Source: Allomeiothermus silvanus DSM 9946 (lineage in GTDB: Bacteria > Deinococcota > Deinococci > Deinococcales > Thermaceae). Taken from it: a stretch of 24,000 nucleotides of DNA. Under the pieces are notes generated by a model, which made no database searches, was not told the DNA's origin, and saw nothing but the letters and a program-made list of their open reading frames with translations. The stretch lies in contig NC_014212.1 of assembly GCF_000092125.1 (NCBI RefSeq), forward strand, positions 2,542,279 to 2,566,278, given 5' to 3'. Shown piece by piece: positions 7,445-15,239 of this stretch (position 1 is the first letter of the stretch; every line of letters begins with the position of its first letter). A program made the position numbers and the translations under genes.

Positions 7445-9181
7445 CTAATCGACCTCTGCCTGCAAGCGCTGTATCCGGTCGAGCTCAGCATAGAGCCCAC
7501 CCTGCTCCAAGAGCATCTCGTGGGTACCCTCCTCGGCGATATGCCCATCCTCGAGTACTACGATCCAGTCGGCATACCGCAGCGTGCTGGTGCGGTGGGC
7601 GACGAGGAGGGTAGTTTGTTGGCCTAACACGGTCTTGAGCCCGCTCAGGATGCGGCTTTCGGTCTCGGTATCCACCGCGCTCATAGCATCGTCGAGGATG
7701 AGCACCTTGGGGCGCTTGGCCAGGGCACGGGCTAAGGCGGTGCGCTGCCGTTGCCCCCCCGAGAGGGTCACGCCGCGCTCGCCCAACGAGGTGTCGTAGC
7801 CCTGGGGGAAGCCCATGATGTCCTCGTGCACCCCAGCCAGTCTGGCGGCCCATTCCACCTGGGCGCGGTCCACCTGGGGGAGGCCAAAGGCGATATTCTC
7901 GGCCAGGGTGTCGGAGAAGAGAAAGGGCTCTTGGGGAACCATTCCTACCGCCTGGCGCAGCGTGGCCAGCGAAAGGTCTTTCACGTCGTAGCCCCCCAGC
8001 AGCACCCGCCCCTGGGTAGGGTCTAGGAGCCGCGGGATCAGGCTCACCAACAGGGTTTTACCGCTCCCGGTGCGCCCGGTGATGCCCAGCGTGGTCCCCT
8101 GGGGAATGGTCAGGGTGATGTTATCGAGGACCTTCCGCCCGCCCAGCTCGAGGCTCACCCCGTCAAAACGCACCTCTCCGGTGAGATCTTTTGGCGCTTT
8201 CCCTCCGCTGCTTATTTGTGGCTGGGTTCGCTCCAATTCACGTAGCCTTTTCTGGCTAGTAGCCCCCCGCTGGAAAATGCTAAGCGTGTAGCCTAGCCCG
8301 ATGATGGGCCAAGCCAACAGGGTAACATAGGCGTTGAACTGCACAAACTGCCCCACGGTGAGCTCTCCGCGAATTACCATCCCGCCACCCACCCATAGCA
8401 CGATCAACACGGCAAAGCCGATCAATACACCCATCAGAGCCCGCATGGGACCTTCTACCCGGGTGAGGGCCAAGCTTTTTTCTATGTATTCGCGGTTGAG
8501 CTTTTGGAAAGCCTCGAGTTCGCGCTGCTCGAGGGCAAACCCCTTCACCACCCGGATGCCCGAGAAGTTCTCCTGGGCTTTGGTAGAGATCTGATCGAAG
8601 ACTTCCTGGCTCTCGCGGTAACGCCGGTCAATCAGCCGCAGTACGTAACGCATGATCAAGAAAATGACCGGAAAGACTACCGAAAGCACCAATGCCAGCC
8701 GCACGTTCACCAAGTACATCGAGATCAGGGCAAGTATCACGAACATGAAGAGGCGCGAGCCCATGTTGACGCCCCCGCCCAGCATCTCGCGCACCGCGCC
8801 GAGGTCGGTGTTGAACTTGTTCACCAAATCGCCGATGCGATTCTTGCCATAAAAATAGCTGTCTAGCGAAAGGGCCTTGCGAAAGAGGTCCATGCGGATG
8901 TCGTGCTCGATGTAGCGGCTCGCTACAATCAAGAGCTGGCGGTTGGCCCAGGAAAACAAGCCCGACAACAGCGCCGCTCCCACAATCGCCAGCACCCACG
9001 GACGGTAGTCCTGTTCCAGCCGGATGGCGTCTATGGCGTGGCGCAGGAAATAAGGCGAGATCACCCCCATCACTACCGAAAGCACCCCAGCGATGATCCC
9101 GCCGATATAAGGCCAGGCATAGCGCCTCAGATAGGGCGCTAACTCATACAGAGAAGCGAGTACTGACTGGTCAGTTCTCAT
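7445..9181 (-). CDS. ABC exporter half-transporter (TMD-NBD fusion), TmrB-like degenerate-site subunit
   Basis: Walker A 'GRTGSGKTL', canonical signature 'LSGGQRQR', and Walker B 'VLILDDAMSAVD' with Asp replacing the catalytic Glu. I chose ATG 9181 ('MRTDQSVLASLYEL', 578 aa). The 49 extra codons up to ATG 9328 are non-hydrophobic and absent from typical family members, but 9328 remains possible. Confidence 0.9.
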   Translation of the reverse strand: MRTDQSVLASLYELAPYLRRYAWPYIGGIIAGVLSVVMGVISPYFLRHAIDAIRLEQDYRPWVLAIVGAALLSGLFSWANRQLLIVASRYIEHDIRMDLFRKALSLDSYFYGKNRIGDLVNKFNTDLGAVREMLGGGVNMGSRLFMFVILALISMYLVNVRLALVLSVVFPVIFLIMRYVLRLIDRRYRESQEVFDQISTKAQENFSGIRVVKGFALEQRELEAFQKLNREYIEKSLALTRVEGPMRALMGVLIGFAVLIVLWVGGGMVIRGELTVGQFVQFNAYVTLLAWPIIGLGYTLSIFQRGATSQKRLRELERTQPQISSGGKAPKDLTGEVRFDGVSLELGGRKVLDNITLTIPQGTTLGITGRTGSGKTLLVSLIPRLLDPTQGRVLLGGYDVKDLSLATLRQAVGMVPQEPFLFSDTLAENIAFGLPQVDRAQVEWAARLAGVHEDIMGFPQGYDTSLGERGVTLSGGQRQRTALARALAKRPKVLILDDAMSAVDTETESRILSGLKTVLGQQTTLLVAHRTSTLRYADWIVVLEDGHIAEEGTHEMLLEQGGLYAELDRIQRLQAEVD

Positions 9182-9332
9182 TACCTTTACAGTACCATCT
9201 TTCCCTATGAACTGCCCTCCCACGGGAAGCGCCGGGCCTCTTTGCCATTGGAAAGCTTCCCATGGGGTACTCAGGATCCCCGTCAAGGGAATAACCACCA
9301 AAACGCCCTTCGCGCCGCGCTCATTCACCCAG

Positions 9333-10184
9333 CTATGCGGGTAGTTCGGCTGCCAGGGCTTCGAACACCGGGGGCCAGTCCTCCAACAACCCTACCATCC
9401 GCCAAGGCTTGGCCCCTTTGCTAGCCCACTTGCGCATCACCGAAGGCAAGGGGGCATACTCCTCGTCGGCTACCAGCACCAACCCACCCACCCGGCCTAG
9501 GCGGGAGAGGTACCGCAGCATCCCGGCGGCCTCCAAGTGGGTGGGGAGGTCTAGTTCGGCCACCTGGCGGCCCTCCTCGCGTAGCTTGGCCGGGGGGAGG
9601 TCCGCGAAAAAGGGGGTGAGCCCTACACCTTCCAGCCCCTCCACCAGCCGATGGCGGCTCTCGGGGTCGGTGAGCACGTAGGGCTGGGCTATCACCCCCA
9701 CCGCCCGCCCGCCGGAGGGGTTCCTCACCCTGGGCGGCTCCGGGTTTAGCAGGTACTTGGTCCGCTCTAGGGCCCGCCGGGTGACCATGGGGTTACGGGT
9801 AAGCCCCTGCCCGATCTCGGCAGCCAACCCGAGCAAATCGGGGTTTAGCTCGGCGGGCACAACCAGGCTTGGGGGCATACCTGGTATGAAGCGCGAGAGG
9901 GCCGCCTCGAGGTTTACTAGCCAGGGCGACTGGCCCTCGGCGCGGGGGCTATCCACCCCAAGCTGAAGGTCGGGGAGGAGCAAGTAATCCACCCCTTGGG
10001 CCTTGAGGTCGCTTACCTCGGCCACCACGGTGCGGGCCGGAGCGGGTAGCTCCAAACCCGGCACTTCGGCCTCGCGGTGAGGGCGGATAACCTCGAGCCC
10101 CAGTTCACGCAGAAAAGCTTCCCAGAAAGGCAAGTAGCGCTCTGACAACCAACTTTGCAACACACCAATGCGCACGACTAGCAT
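9333..10184 (-). CDS. Hypothetical protein, DUF2229-like (acyl-CoA dehydratase activase-related family), without an ATPase domain
   Basis: 'VVRIGVLQSWLSERYLPFWEAFLRELGLEVIRP' resembles the family N-terminus as I recall it (IGIPRAL..Y..YPFWKTFFEELGxEVV). A second half 'AVGVIAQPYVLTDPESRHRLVEGLEGVGLTPFF' resembles (IGLIGHPYNIYD...L.ELG.EV). Start taken at ATG 10184; the ORF is open to 10241. Confidence 0.5.
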   Translation of the reverse strand: MLVVRIGVLQSWLSERYLPFWEAFLRELGLEVIRPHREAEVPGLELPAPARTVVAEVSDLKAQGVDYLLLPDLQLGVDSPRAEGQSPWLVNLEAALSRFIPGMPPSLVVPAELNPDLLGLAAEIGQGLTRNPMVTRRALERTKYLLNPEPPRVRNPSGGRAVGVIAQPYVLTDPESRHRLVEGLEGVGLTPFFADLPPAKLREEGRQVAELDLPTHLEAAGMLRYLSRLGRVGGLVLVADEEYAPLPSVMRKWASKGAKPWRMVGLLEDWPPVFEALAAELPA

Positions 10185-10249
10185 CGTATCGCTTTTTTTG
10201 TCGATGAAAAGAAAGGCCAGCCGCCAAACACGGGTGCGCAACTTGTGCT

Positions 10250-10438
10250 TTAAGGCCGGGCTGTCGCCAGGCTCAGCTTGGAAGCCGACTCGACCTTGCG
10301 CCGATCCAGGCTTTCCAAGTACTGAACCAACTCTTGCAGGCTGGCGAAGCGCCGGGTCTCTCCGCCTTGCACCGGTGCCAAAGTAGCCCGTACGCCGCTC
10401 GAGTCGTGCCAGATTCGCAAGATGAATACTTCTTCCAT
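10250..10438 (-). CDS. Small hypothetical protein (62 aa)
   Basis: ATG 10438 follows GAGGTG at 6-nt spacing. Sequence 'MEEVFILRIWHDSSGVRATLAPVQGGETRRFASLQELVQYLESL' resembles a recurrent small-protein pattern (hydrophobic-RIW ... G-x-x-R-x-F-x-S-L-x-E-L). The gene is 65 nt upstream of the next CDS on the same strand. Confidence 0.55.
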   Translation of the reverse strand: MEEVFILRIWHDSSGVRATLAPVQGGETRRFASLQELVQYLESLDRRKVESASKLSLATARP

Positions 10439-10574
10439 AGCTGCACCTCTTCTGGTTCTTCTCATCGGGAGCCTGGGGTGCTCGAGGGATGCTTGGTACT
10501 CGGGCAGCTACCCTGAAGAACTACCCCGAGGGTAGCGAAGGGGGAGTTAAACCTCCGTTACACCTCCAGGCCCA

Positions 10575-11600
10575 TCAGAGCTCACCCAAAAGCCGTCGCA
10601 CCAACTCGGCTAGGGCCTGCTGGCCAAGTAGCAGGGAATCCGGCTCAACCCACTCCTGCGGGGTGTGGGCCCCTCCGCCCCGGTACACACCGAAAGCCAG
10701 AGCTGGGATCCCCTGCTCGACCCCCGCCGAGGCATCGGTGGAGCCGGGGGTGATCTGGGCCTCGAGCCCCACCCCCTTCAATGCCTCCTTGGCAGCCTGG
10801 ATCATCTTTGGGGTAGCGCTGTGCCCAGCAGGTCTGCGTCCCAGTACCTCCAGTTCCAGGCCCACCCCAAAAGGCCCGGCGGCTTCCATTAAGATCTGGC
10901 GAGACTGGTTTTCCAGGGTCTCCAGCACCAACGGATCGGTAGCCCGCAGATCTAGCTCGAGACCCACCTCGCGGGGAATAGCGTTGATCGCCTCTCCACC
11001 AAATACCCGTCCCACGTTGAGGCTGGCATTCTCCGGTTTGGCGAGCTTATACAAAGCGGCTAAGGCCTGACCTAAAGCAGGAACCGGGCTTTTTTGGCCT
11101 CGATCACCCCAGGCGTGCCCGCCGGGGCCGGTAAAGACGGCCCGCAGCCGGGTGGAGCCCACCGCCTGCGCTACCACCGAGGGTAGATAGCCGTCCACCG
11201 CTACCATGGCCTGGGGCCGGAGCTTCGCCACCAGCGCCCGGGCCCCCCGTAGGTTACCCAGCCCTTCCTCCCCCACGCTAAAGGCTAGGGTGACACCCTG
11301 GGGGATCAACTGCTCCGCCAGCGACAGCAGCACCGCCACCCCAGAGGAGTTATCTCCTACCGCTGGTGCCCACCAGCGCCCATCCTGGGCCAGGGGCTCA
11401 CTAGGGGTGAGCACGGTGTCCAAATGGGCCACCAGCAGCAGCGAACCCTGACCAGCCCAGAGGTTACCGAGTTCGTCCTGACAAACCCTAAAGCCCGAAG
11501 CGTTCAGGTAGCGACCCAACCACTCAGCGCGAGGACCATCCCCGGAAACACCGGCAAAAGCTTGCAACAGTACACGTGGATCGCTCATAGAAGCCGGCAA
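10575..11600 (-). CDS. Clan MH zinc metallopeptidase (M20/M25/M40-type, tripeptidase/deacylase-like)
   Basis: Metal-ligand motifs in order: 'LLLVAHLDTV', 'GDNSSGVAVLL', 'FSVGEEGLGNLRGA', 'GSTDAS', 'GGGAHTPQEWVE'. 341 aa. Confidence 0.8.
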   Translation of the reverse strand: MPASMSDPRVLLQAFAGVSGDGPRAEWLGRYLNASGFRVCQDELGNLWAGQGSLLLVAHLDTVLTPSEPLAQDGRWWAPAVGDNSSGVAVLLSLAEQLIPQGVTLAFSVGEEGLGNLRGARALVAKLRPQAMVAVDGYLPSVVAQAVGSTRLRAVFTGPGGHAWGDRGQKSPVPALGQALAALYKLAKPENASLNVGRVFGGEAINAIPREVGLELDLRATDPLVLETLENQSRQILMEAAGPFGVGLELEVLGRRPAGHSATPKMIQAAKEALKGVGLEAQITPGSTDASAGVEQGIPALAFGVYRGGGAHTPQEWVEPDSLLLGQQALAELVRRLLGEL

Positions 11601-11628
11601 TGCTCCTGATGGTACGGACTGAGGCCGC

Positions 11629-12282
11629 TCATTCAGCCTCGCCCGGCTCGGCTAAGCCCTCACGCAGCGCGTAGAGGGCAGCCTGGGTGCGGTTGTTGAG
11701 GTGGAGCTTCTGGAAGATCTCGCTCAGCCGGTTGCGCACGGTCTTCTCCGAGAGCGAGAGTTCCCCGGCGATCTCCAGGTTGGTGTAGCCCTGGGCGACG
11801 AGCTTGAGGATCTGCACTTCACGCTCGGAAAGTTCGGCGTGGGGCTTAGGGACGGACTCGCGTTTGGCTTTGAAGTCCTGAATGATCTGCTCGGCCAGCT
11901 CGGCATCGAGCAGAACCTCACCGTTGTTGACCCGCCGAATAGCCTCGAGGAGATCTTTAGCGTCGGCATCCTTGAGCATGTAGCCCCGCGCCCCGGCCTT
12001 GACCGCCTCGAAGACGTAGGCATCCTGGCGGTACATGGTCAGCATGATGACCTTGGCCTGGGGCCACTCCCGCAAGATCTCCTGGGTAGCCTGTACCCCG
12101 TCGAGGCCAGGCATCTGGATGTCCATCAGTACGATGTCGGGCTTGGCCTCGAGCACGTGGCGCAAGGCCTCACGGCCATCTCCCGCCTCCCCGACCACCC
12201 GGAAATCCGGCTCAGCCTCGAGCAGGCTGCGTAGCCCCTGGCGGAATAAGGCGTGGTCATCTGCCAACACGATGCGAATCAT
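11629..12282 (-). CDS. Response regulator transcription factor, NarL/FixJ (LuxR C-terminal HTH) family
   Basis: Receiver domain '[17 protein letters not shown]...[15 protein letters not shown]' plus GerE-type HTH '[43 protein letters not shown]'. 217 aa. Confidence 0.92.
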   Translation of the reverse strand: MIRIVLADDHALFRQGLRSLLEAEPDFRVVGEAGDGREALRHVLEAKPDIVLMDIQMPGLDGVQATQEILREWPQAKVIMLTMYRQDAYVFEAVKAGARGYMLKDADAKDLLEAIRRVNNGEVLLDAELAEQIIQDFKAKRESVPKPHAELSEREVQILKLVAQGYTNLEIAGELSLSEKTVRNRLSEIFQKLHLNNRTQAALYALREGLAEPGEAE

Positions 12283-12338
12283 ATGTACCTATCCTATCGC
12301 GCCTTGCCCTCCAGCGCTGCCTGGTTCCGGGGGTTGCT

Positions 12339-12364
12339 TACTATACCGTCTAGACGGTATAGTA
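12339..12364. promoter_or_regulatory. Perfect 26-bp palindrome, candidate TetR operator overlapping the promoter
   Basis: TACTATACCGTCTAGACGGTATAGTA verified base by base as a 13+13 perfect palindrome. It covers the candidate -10 TATAGT (12358-12363). The candidate -35 is TTGCTT (12334-12339) with an 18-nt spacer. SD GAGGTG lies at 12371-12376 and the TetR ATG at 12382. Confidence 0.6.
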
Positions 12365-12381
12365 GCTTTCGAGGTGAACGT

Positions 12382-12900
12382 ATGCCCAAAACCCCAGGCC
12401 CTGCTCCCGATGCCCGCACCCGAATCCTCGAGGCCGCCGGGGCGGTGATCCGGCAAGAAGGAGTGATGGGCCTCACCCTAGACGCCGTAGCTCATGCGGC
12501 GGGGGTGAGCAAAGGGGGTCTCCTTTACCATTTTCCCAGCAAGGAAGCCTTGGTGCGGGCGCTCTTGGAACACCATCTGGACGCCTTCGAGCGGGCCTTG
12601 GCAGAAAACGGCAAACCCTTCGCCCAGGCTTATGTGGAGATGGGCTGGTATGACGGCAGCGGTGGCCTCTTCTTGAGCCTTGCCGCCGCGCTCGCCTTGT
12701 ACCCCGAGCTTTTGCAGACCATCCGGGAGCGAAGCCGCAGGTGGTACGCCCGGGTGCGCACTCCGGAAGCGCGCATCGCCCTGCTCGCCACCGATGGGCT
12801 ATTCATGGCCGAATTGCTGGGCCTCGAGGCCTTTGGCCCGGATGAGCGCCAAGCGGTGCTGGAGCGGCTCCGAGAGCTAGCGAGGGAGGAAGCGGTATAG
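12382..12900 (+). CDS. TetR/AcrR family transcriptional regulator
   Basis: ATG 12382 has GAGGTG 5 nt upstream. N-terminal HTH 'RILEAAGAVIRQEGVMGLTLDAVAHAAGVSKGGLLYHFPSKEAL'. The track's longer ORF from 12253 would run through the operator and into the divergent gene. Confidence 0.9.
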   Translation: MPKTPGPAPDARTRILEAAGAVIRQEGVMGLTLDAVAHAAGVSKGGLLYHFPSKEALVRALLEHHLDAFERALAENGKPFAQAYVEMGWYDGSGGLFLSLAAALALYPELLQTIRERSRRWYARVRTPEARIALLATDGLFMAELLGLEAFGPDERQAVLERLRELAREEAV

Positions 12901-12928
12901 GGGCTGTGTGCTCTTGGGAGGTAAACTT

Positions 12929-13255
12929 ATGAGTGGTTGGACATATCTCATTTTGGCCATCCTGGCAGAAGTGATCGGCTCCACTGGCCTAAAGGCTTCG
13001 CAGGGCTTCAGCAAACTTCTGCCCAGCAGCGTAGTAGTAGTGGGCTATGCCTCAGCCTTTTACTTTTTGAGTCTGGCCCTCAAAACGGTGCCCCTCAACA
13101 CCGCCTACGCGGTTTGGTCGGGGCTTGGCACCGCGCTCATCGCCCTTTTGGGGGTGGTGTTCTTGCGAGAGAGCATCAACTTTCCCATGGCATTGGGCAT
13201 CGTGCTGATCGTAGCCGGAGTGGCGCTACTTCAGGTGTTCGGGGTTCGGCATTGA
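12929..13255 (+). CDS. SMR family multidrug efflux transporter (EmrE/Qac type)
   Basis: ATG 12929 has GGGAGG 7 nt upstream. 'WTYLILAILAEVIGSTGLKASQGF' contains the conserved membrane Glu, followed by 'AYAVWSGLGTALIALLGVVFLRE'. 108 aa with four TM helices. Confidence 0.92.
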   Translation: MSGWTYLILAILAEVIGSTGLKASQGFSKLLPSSVVVVGYASAFYFLSLALKTVPLNTAYAVWSGLGTALIALLGVVFLRESINFPMALGIVLIVAGVALLQVFGVRH

Positions 13256-13642
13256 ACCGCTCCACCTTGCGGCTGCTCTTCTGGATAACCGACCTAGGAT
13301 TTATCGCCTACTGGCTAGCCACAGCCCTACACCTGATTCCCCTTGAGGGGGCGTTCAAGGATTATGCCGACTCGACCTTGCTGGCGTGGAACTGGTCGTT
13401 CTTCCCGCTCGACCTGCTGATCTCGGCCACCGGGCTTTACGCGTTGTGGCGCTCGAGCCACGGCCCAGATTGGCGAGGCTGGGCGCTCGCTTTCGCTAAC
13501 CCTGGCCGCAGGGCTCAATGCCAATAGCTTCTGGGCCATCCGGGGGGATTTCGCCCTAGCCTGGTGGATTGCCAACCTTTACTTGCTGCTCTACCCGCTA
13601 TACTTCATCCCAAAGTGGCTGACATTCGCGCCGCGAGGCTAG
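13252..13642 (+). pseudogene. DUF5360 (YvaD-like) four-TM membrane protein, interrupted by a +1 frameshift near 13483-13500
   Basis: Frame 1 from TTG 13252 gives '(M)NRSTLRLLFWITDLGFIAYWLATALHLIPLEGAFKDYADSTLLAWNWSFFPLDLLISATGLYALW...WRGWAL' and stops at 13527. Frame 2 continues with 'SLSLTLAAGLNANSFWAIRGDFALAWWIANLYLLLYPLYFIPKW' to TAG 13640-13642. Removing one T from TTT (13491-13493) restores a 129-aa ORF. TTG 13252 overlaps the SMR stop as TTGA. Confidence 0.6.
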
Positions 13643-13659
13643 GGTATGCTTTTTGCAGC

Positions 13660-14535
13660 GTGAATCTCGAGGTCAAAAAACAGCTCGAGCAACATTACCG
13701 CACCTTGCTCACCCCGCTCGCCAGCGGAGCCGAAGCCCGTACCTTCGCGGGAGATAGCCTGGTGTTCAAGATCTACCCACCTCAAGCAGCCTGGCCCAAT
13801 CAGCCGGCAGGCATTTATGCCGCGCGGTTGGAAGCGCTCAACATGACCAAGGCCGGCTTAGGAAGCTGGGTGGTAGAGGTACTCGAGATCGCCGGGCATG
13901 GGGTTCTCGTCACCCACCGTTACCCCGGCCAAAACTTCCACCCCGACCGCTTCAGCCAAGCGGCCTTGGAGGACCTGGCGGAGTTTTTTCGCCGCCTGCA
14001 CCAGATCAAAGAACCCGGCGTGGTAAGCCGAACCCGCCTGGAAGAGCGCCTCGCCCAATTCGGCGGCACGCTATGTGACCTGGGCGAAGCCTGTGCCCTA
14101 GTGGAGGCTTTACGCCCGCACATTGACGAGGTCGCCGGCACCCCCCAGGCTTTCTGCCACCGCGACCCCCACGCGGGCAACATCCTGCTGAAAAACTCTG
14201 GGATAAATAGCACAATCCCCGAAGCCCTGGTGGTGGACTGGGTACGCGCCCAGCCCGACGATCCGGCCCGCGACCTGGCCATCCTCACCACCGGAACGCT
14301 GAATCTGCTGGGGGAGCAGGCCGCGCTCGAGGCCCTACGCTACATCGTCCGGGGCTACCCTGATGCCCAAACCCTGTGGCCCAGGCTGCGCTTTTGGGTA
14401 CCCCTCACCTACCTCCACGACATGCACTGGTTCCGCACCAAGGAACCGTCTGGATTCGCCGCCGCAGTGGCCGACAAGATGCCCAAGGCCTGGCGTTTTT
14501 ACCAGGACTTTCCCACGCTATTCGATGCTCCCTAA
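13660..14535 (+). CDS. Phosphotransferase family protein (APH / choline-kinase fold)
   Basis: Catalytic loop 'FCHRDPHAGNILL' and metal-binding 'LVVDWVRAQPDDPARDLA'. Start taken at GTG 13660, the first in-frame start after the DUF5360 reading frame ends. The ORF is open from 13564, so the start is uncertain. Confidence 0.8.
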   Translation: MNLEVKKQLEQHYRTLLTPLASGAEARTFAGDSLVFKIYPPQAAWPNQPAGIYAARLEALNMTKAGLGSWVVEVLEIAGHGVLVTHRYPGQNFHPDRFSQAALEDLAEFFRRLHQIKEPGVVSRTRLEERLAQFGGTLCDLGEACALVEALRPHIDEVAGTPQAFCHRDPHAGNILLKNSGINSTIPEALVVDWVRAQPDDPARDLAILTTGTLNLLGEQAALEALRYIVRGYPDAQTLWPRLRFWVPLTYLHDMHWFRTKEPSGFAAAVADKMPKAWRFYQDFPTLFDAP

Positions 14536-14598
14536 GCCCCCAAACTCTGGCGATCCACCCCCTAGCCCATCCCCGAAGGCGGTGTTACGATTCTCCCG

Positions 14599-15225
14599 AT
14601 GAATGTCACCGTGGTAGACCACCCGCTGGTGCAGCACAAGTTAGCCATTCTGCGCGATAAAAACACCGGCTCTAAGGATTTCCGTGAGTTGATGGCGGAG
14701 GTCAGCATGCTCATGGCCTATGAGGCCATGCGAGACCTGGAACTCGACCCCGTGACCATCGAAACCCCCCTCACCCGCATGGAAGCCCGCATGCTATCGG
14801 GGAAAAAGCTGGCTCTGGTAGCCATTTTGCGGGCTGGGCTCATCATGGTAGATGGGATTCTTCGGCTGGTACCGGCAGCCAGGGTGGGCCACATCGGGCT
14901 TTACCGCGACCCCCAAACCCTAAACCCCGTGGAGTACTATGCCAAGCTTCCCGAGGACATCAGGGGCCGCCGCGTCTTCCTCACCGACCCCATGCTAGCT
15001 ACCGCCGGGAGTGCGGTGCACGCCATTCAGGTGCTTAAAAATAGCGGTGCTCAACATATCAAGCTGATGAGCATCATCGCCGCGCCGGAAGGAATCGCTC
15101 GCGTCGAGCGCGAACATCCCGACGTGGAGGTGGTGGTCGCGGCTATCGATGATCATTTGAATGATCACGGCTACATCGTGCCGGGGCTGGGAGATGCCGG
15201 GGATCGAATTTACGGAACCAAGTAG
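14599..15225 (+). CDS. upp: Uracil phosphoribosyltransferase
   Basis: '[23 protein letters not shown]', PRPP loop '[14 protein letters not shown]', and C-terminal '[17 protein letters not shown]'. 208 aa. Confidence 0.95.
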   Translation: MNVTVVDHPLVQHKLAILRDKNTGSKDFRELMAEVSMLMAYEAMRDLELDPVTIETPLTRMEARMLSGKKLALVAILRAGLIMVDGILRLVPAARVGHIGLYRDPQTLNPVEYYAKLPEDIRGRRVFLTDPMLATAGSAVHAIQVLKNSGAQHIKLMSIIAAPEGIARVEREHPDVEVVVAAIDDHLNDHGYIVPGLGDAGDRIYGTK

Positions 15226-15239
15226 GCCCACGATAACCT

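Noticed and set aside
10521-10535. Hairpin CTACCC/GGGTAG downstream of the peptidase gene (minus strand) as a terminator
   Set aside because: It has only 6 bp with a 3-nt loop, followed by TTCTTC rather than a U-run. It is possible but not supportable from sequence alone.
10489-11070. 193-aa plus-strand ORF over the metallopeptidase gene
   Set aside because: It is antisense to a CDS with ordered metal-ligand motifs. The translation is Ser/Pro/Ala/Arg-rich with no motif.
12253-12381. Long version of the TetR ORF starting at 12253
   Set aside because: It would overlap the divergent response-regulator start and read through the 26-bp palindrome. ATG 12382 has a proper GAGGTG SD, and the TetR HTH begins right after it.
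12937-13527. 196-aa ORF listed in the track
   Set aside because: It is a composite. Its first roughly 105 codons are the SMR gene read out of frame, giving a non-membrane Arg/Ser/Gly-rich sequence. Only the part after 13252 looks real, and I reassigned that to the frameshifted DUF5360-like gene.
13564-13659. N-terminal extension of the kinase ORF (GTG 13564)
   Set aside because: It overlaps, in another frame, the conserved-looking C-terminal tail of the DUF5360 gene. 'MDCQPLLAALPAILHPKVADIRAARLGYAFCS' has no kinase-like character, so I preferred GTG 13660.
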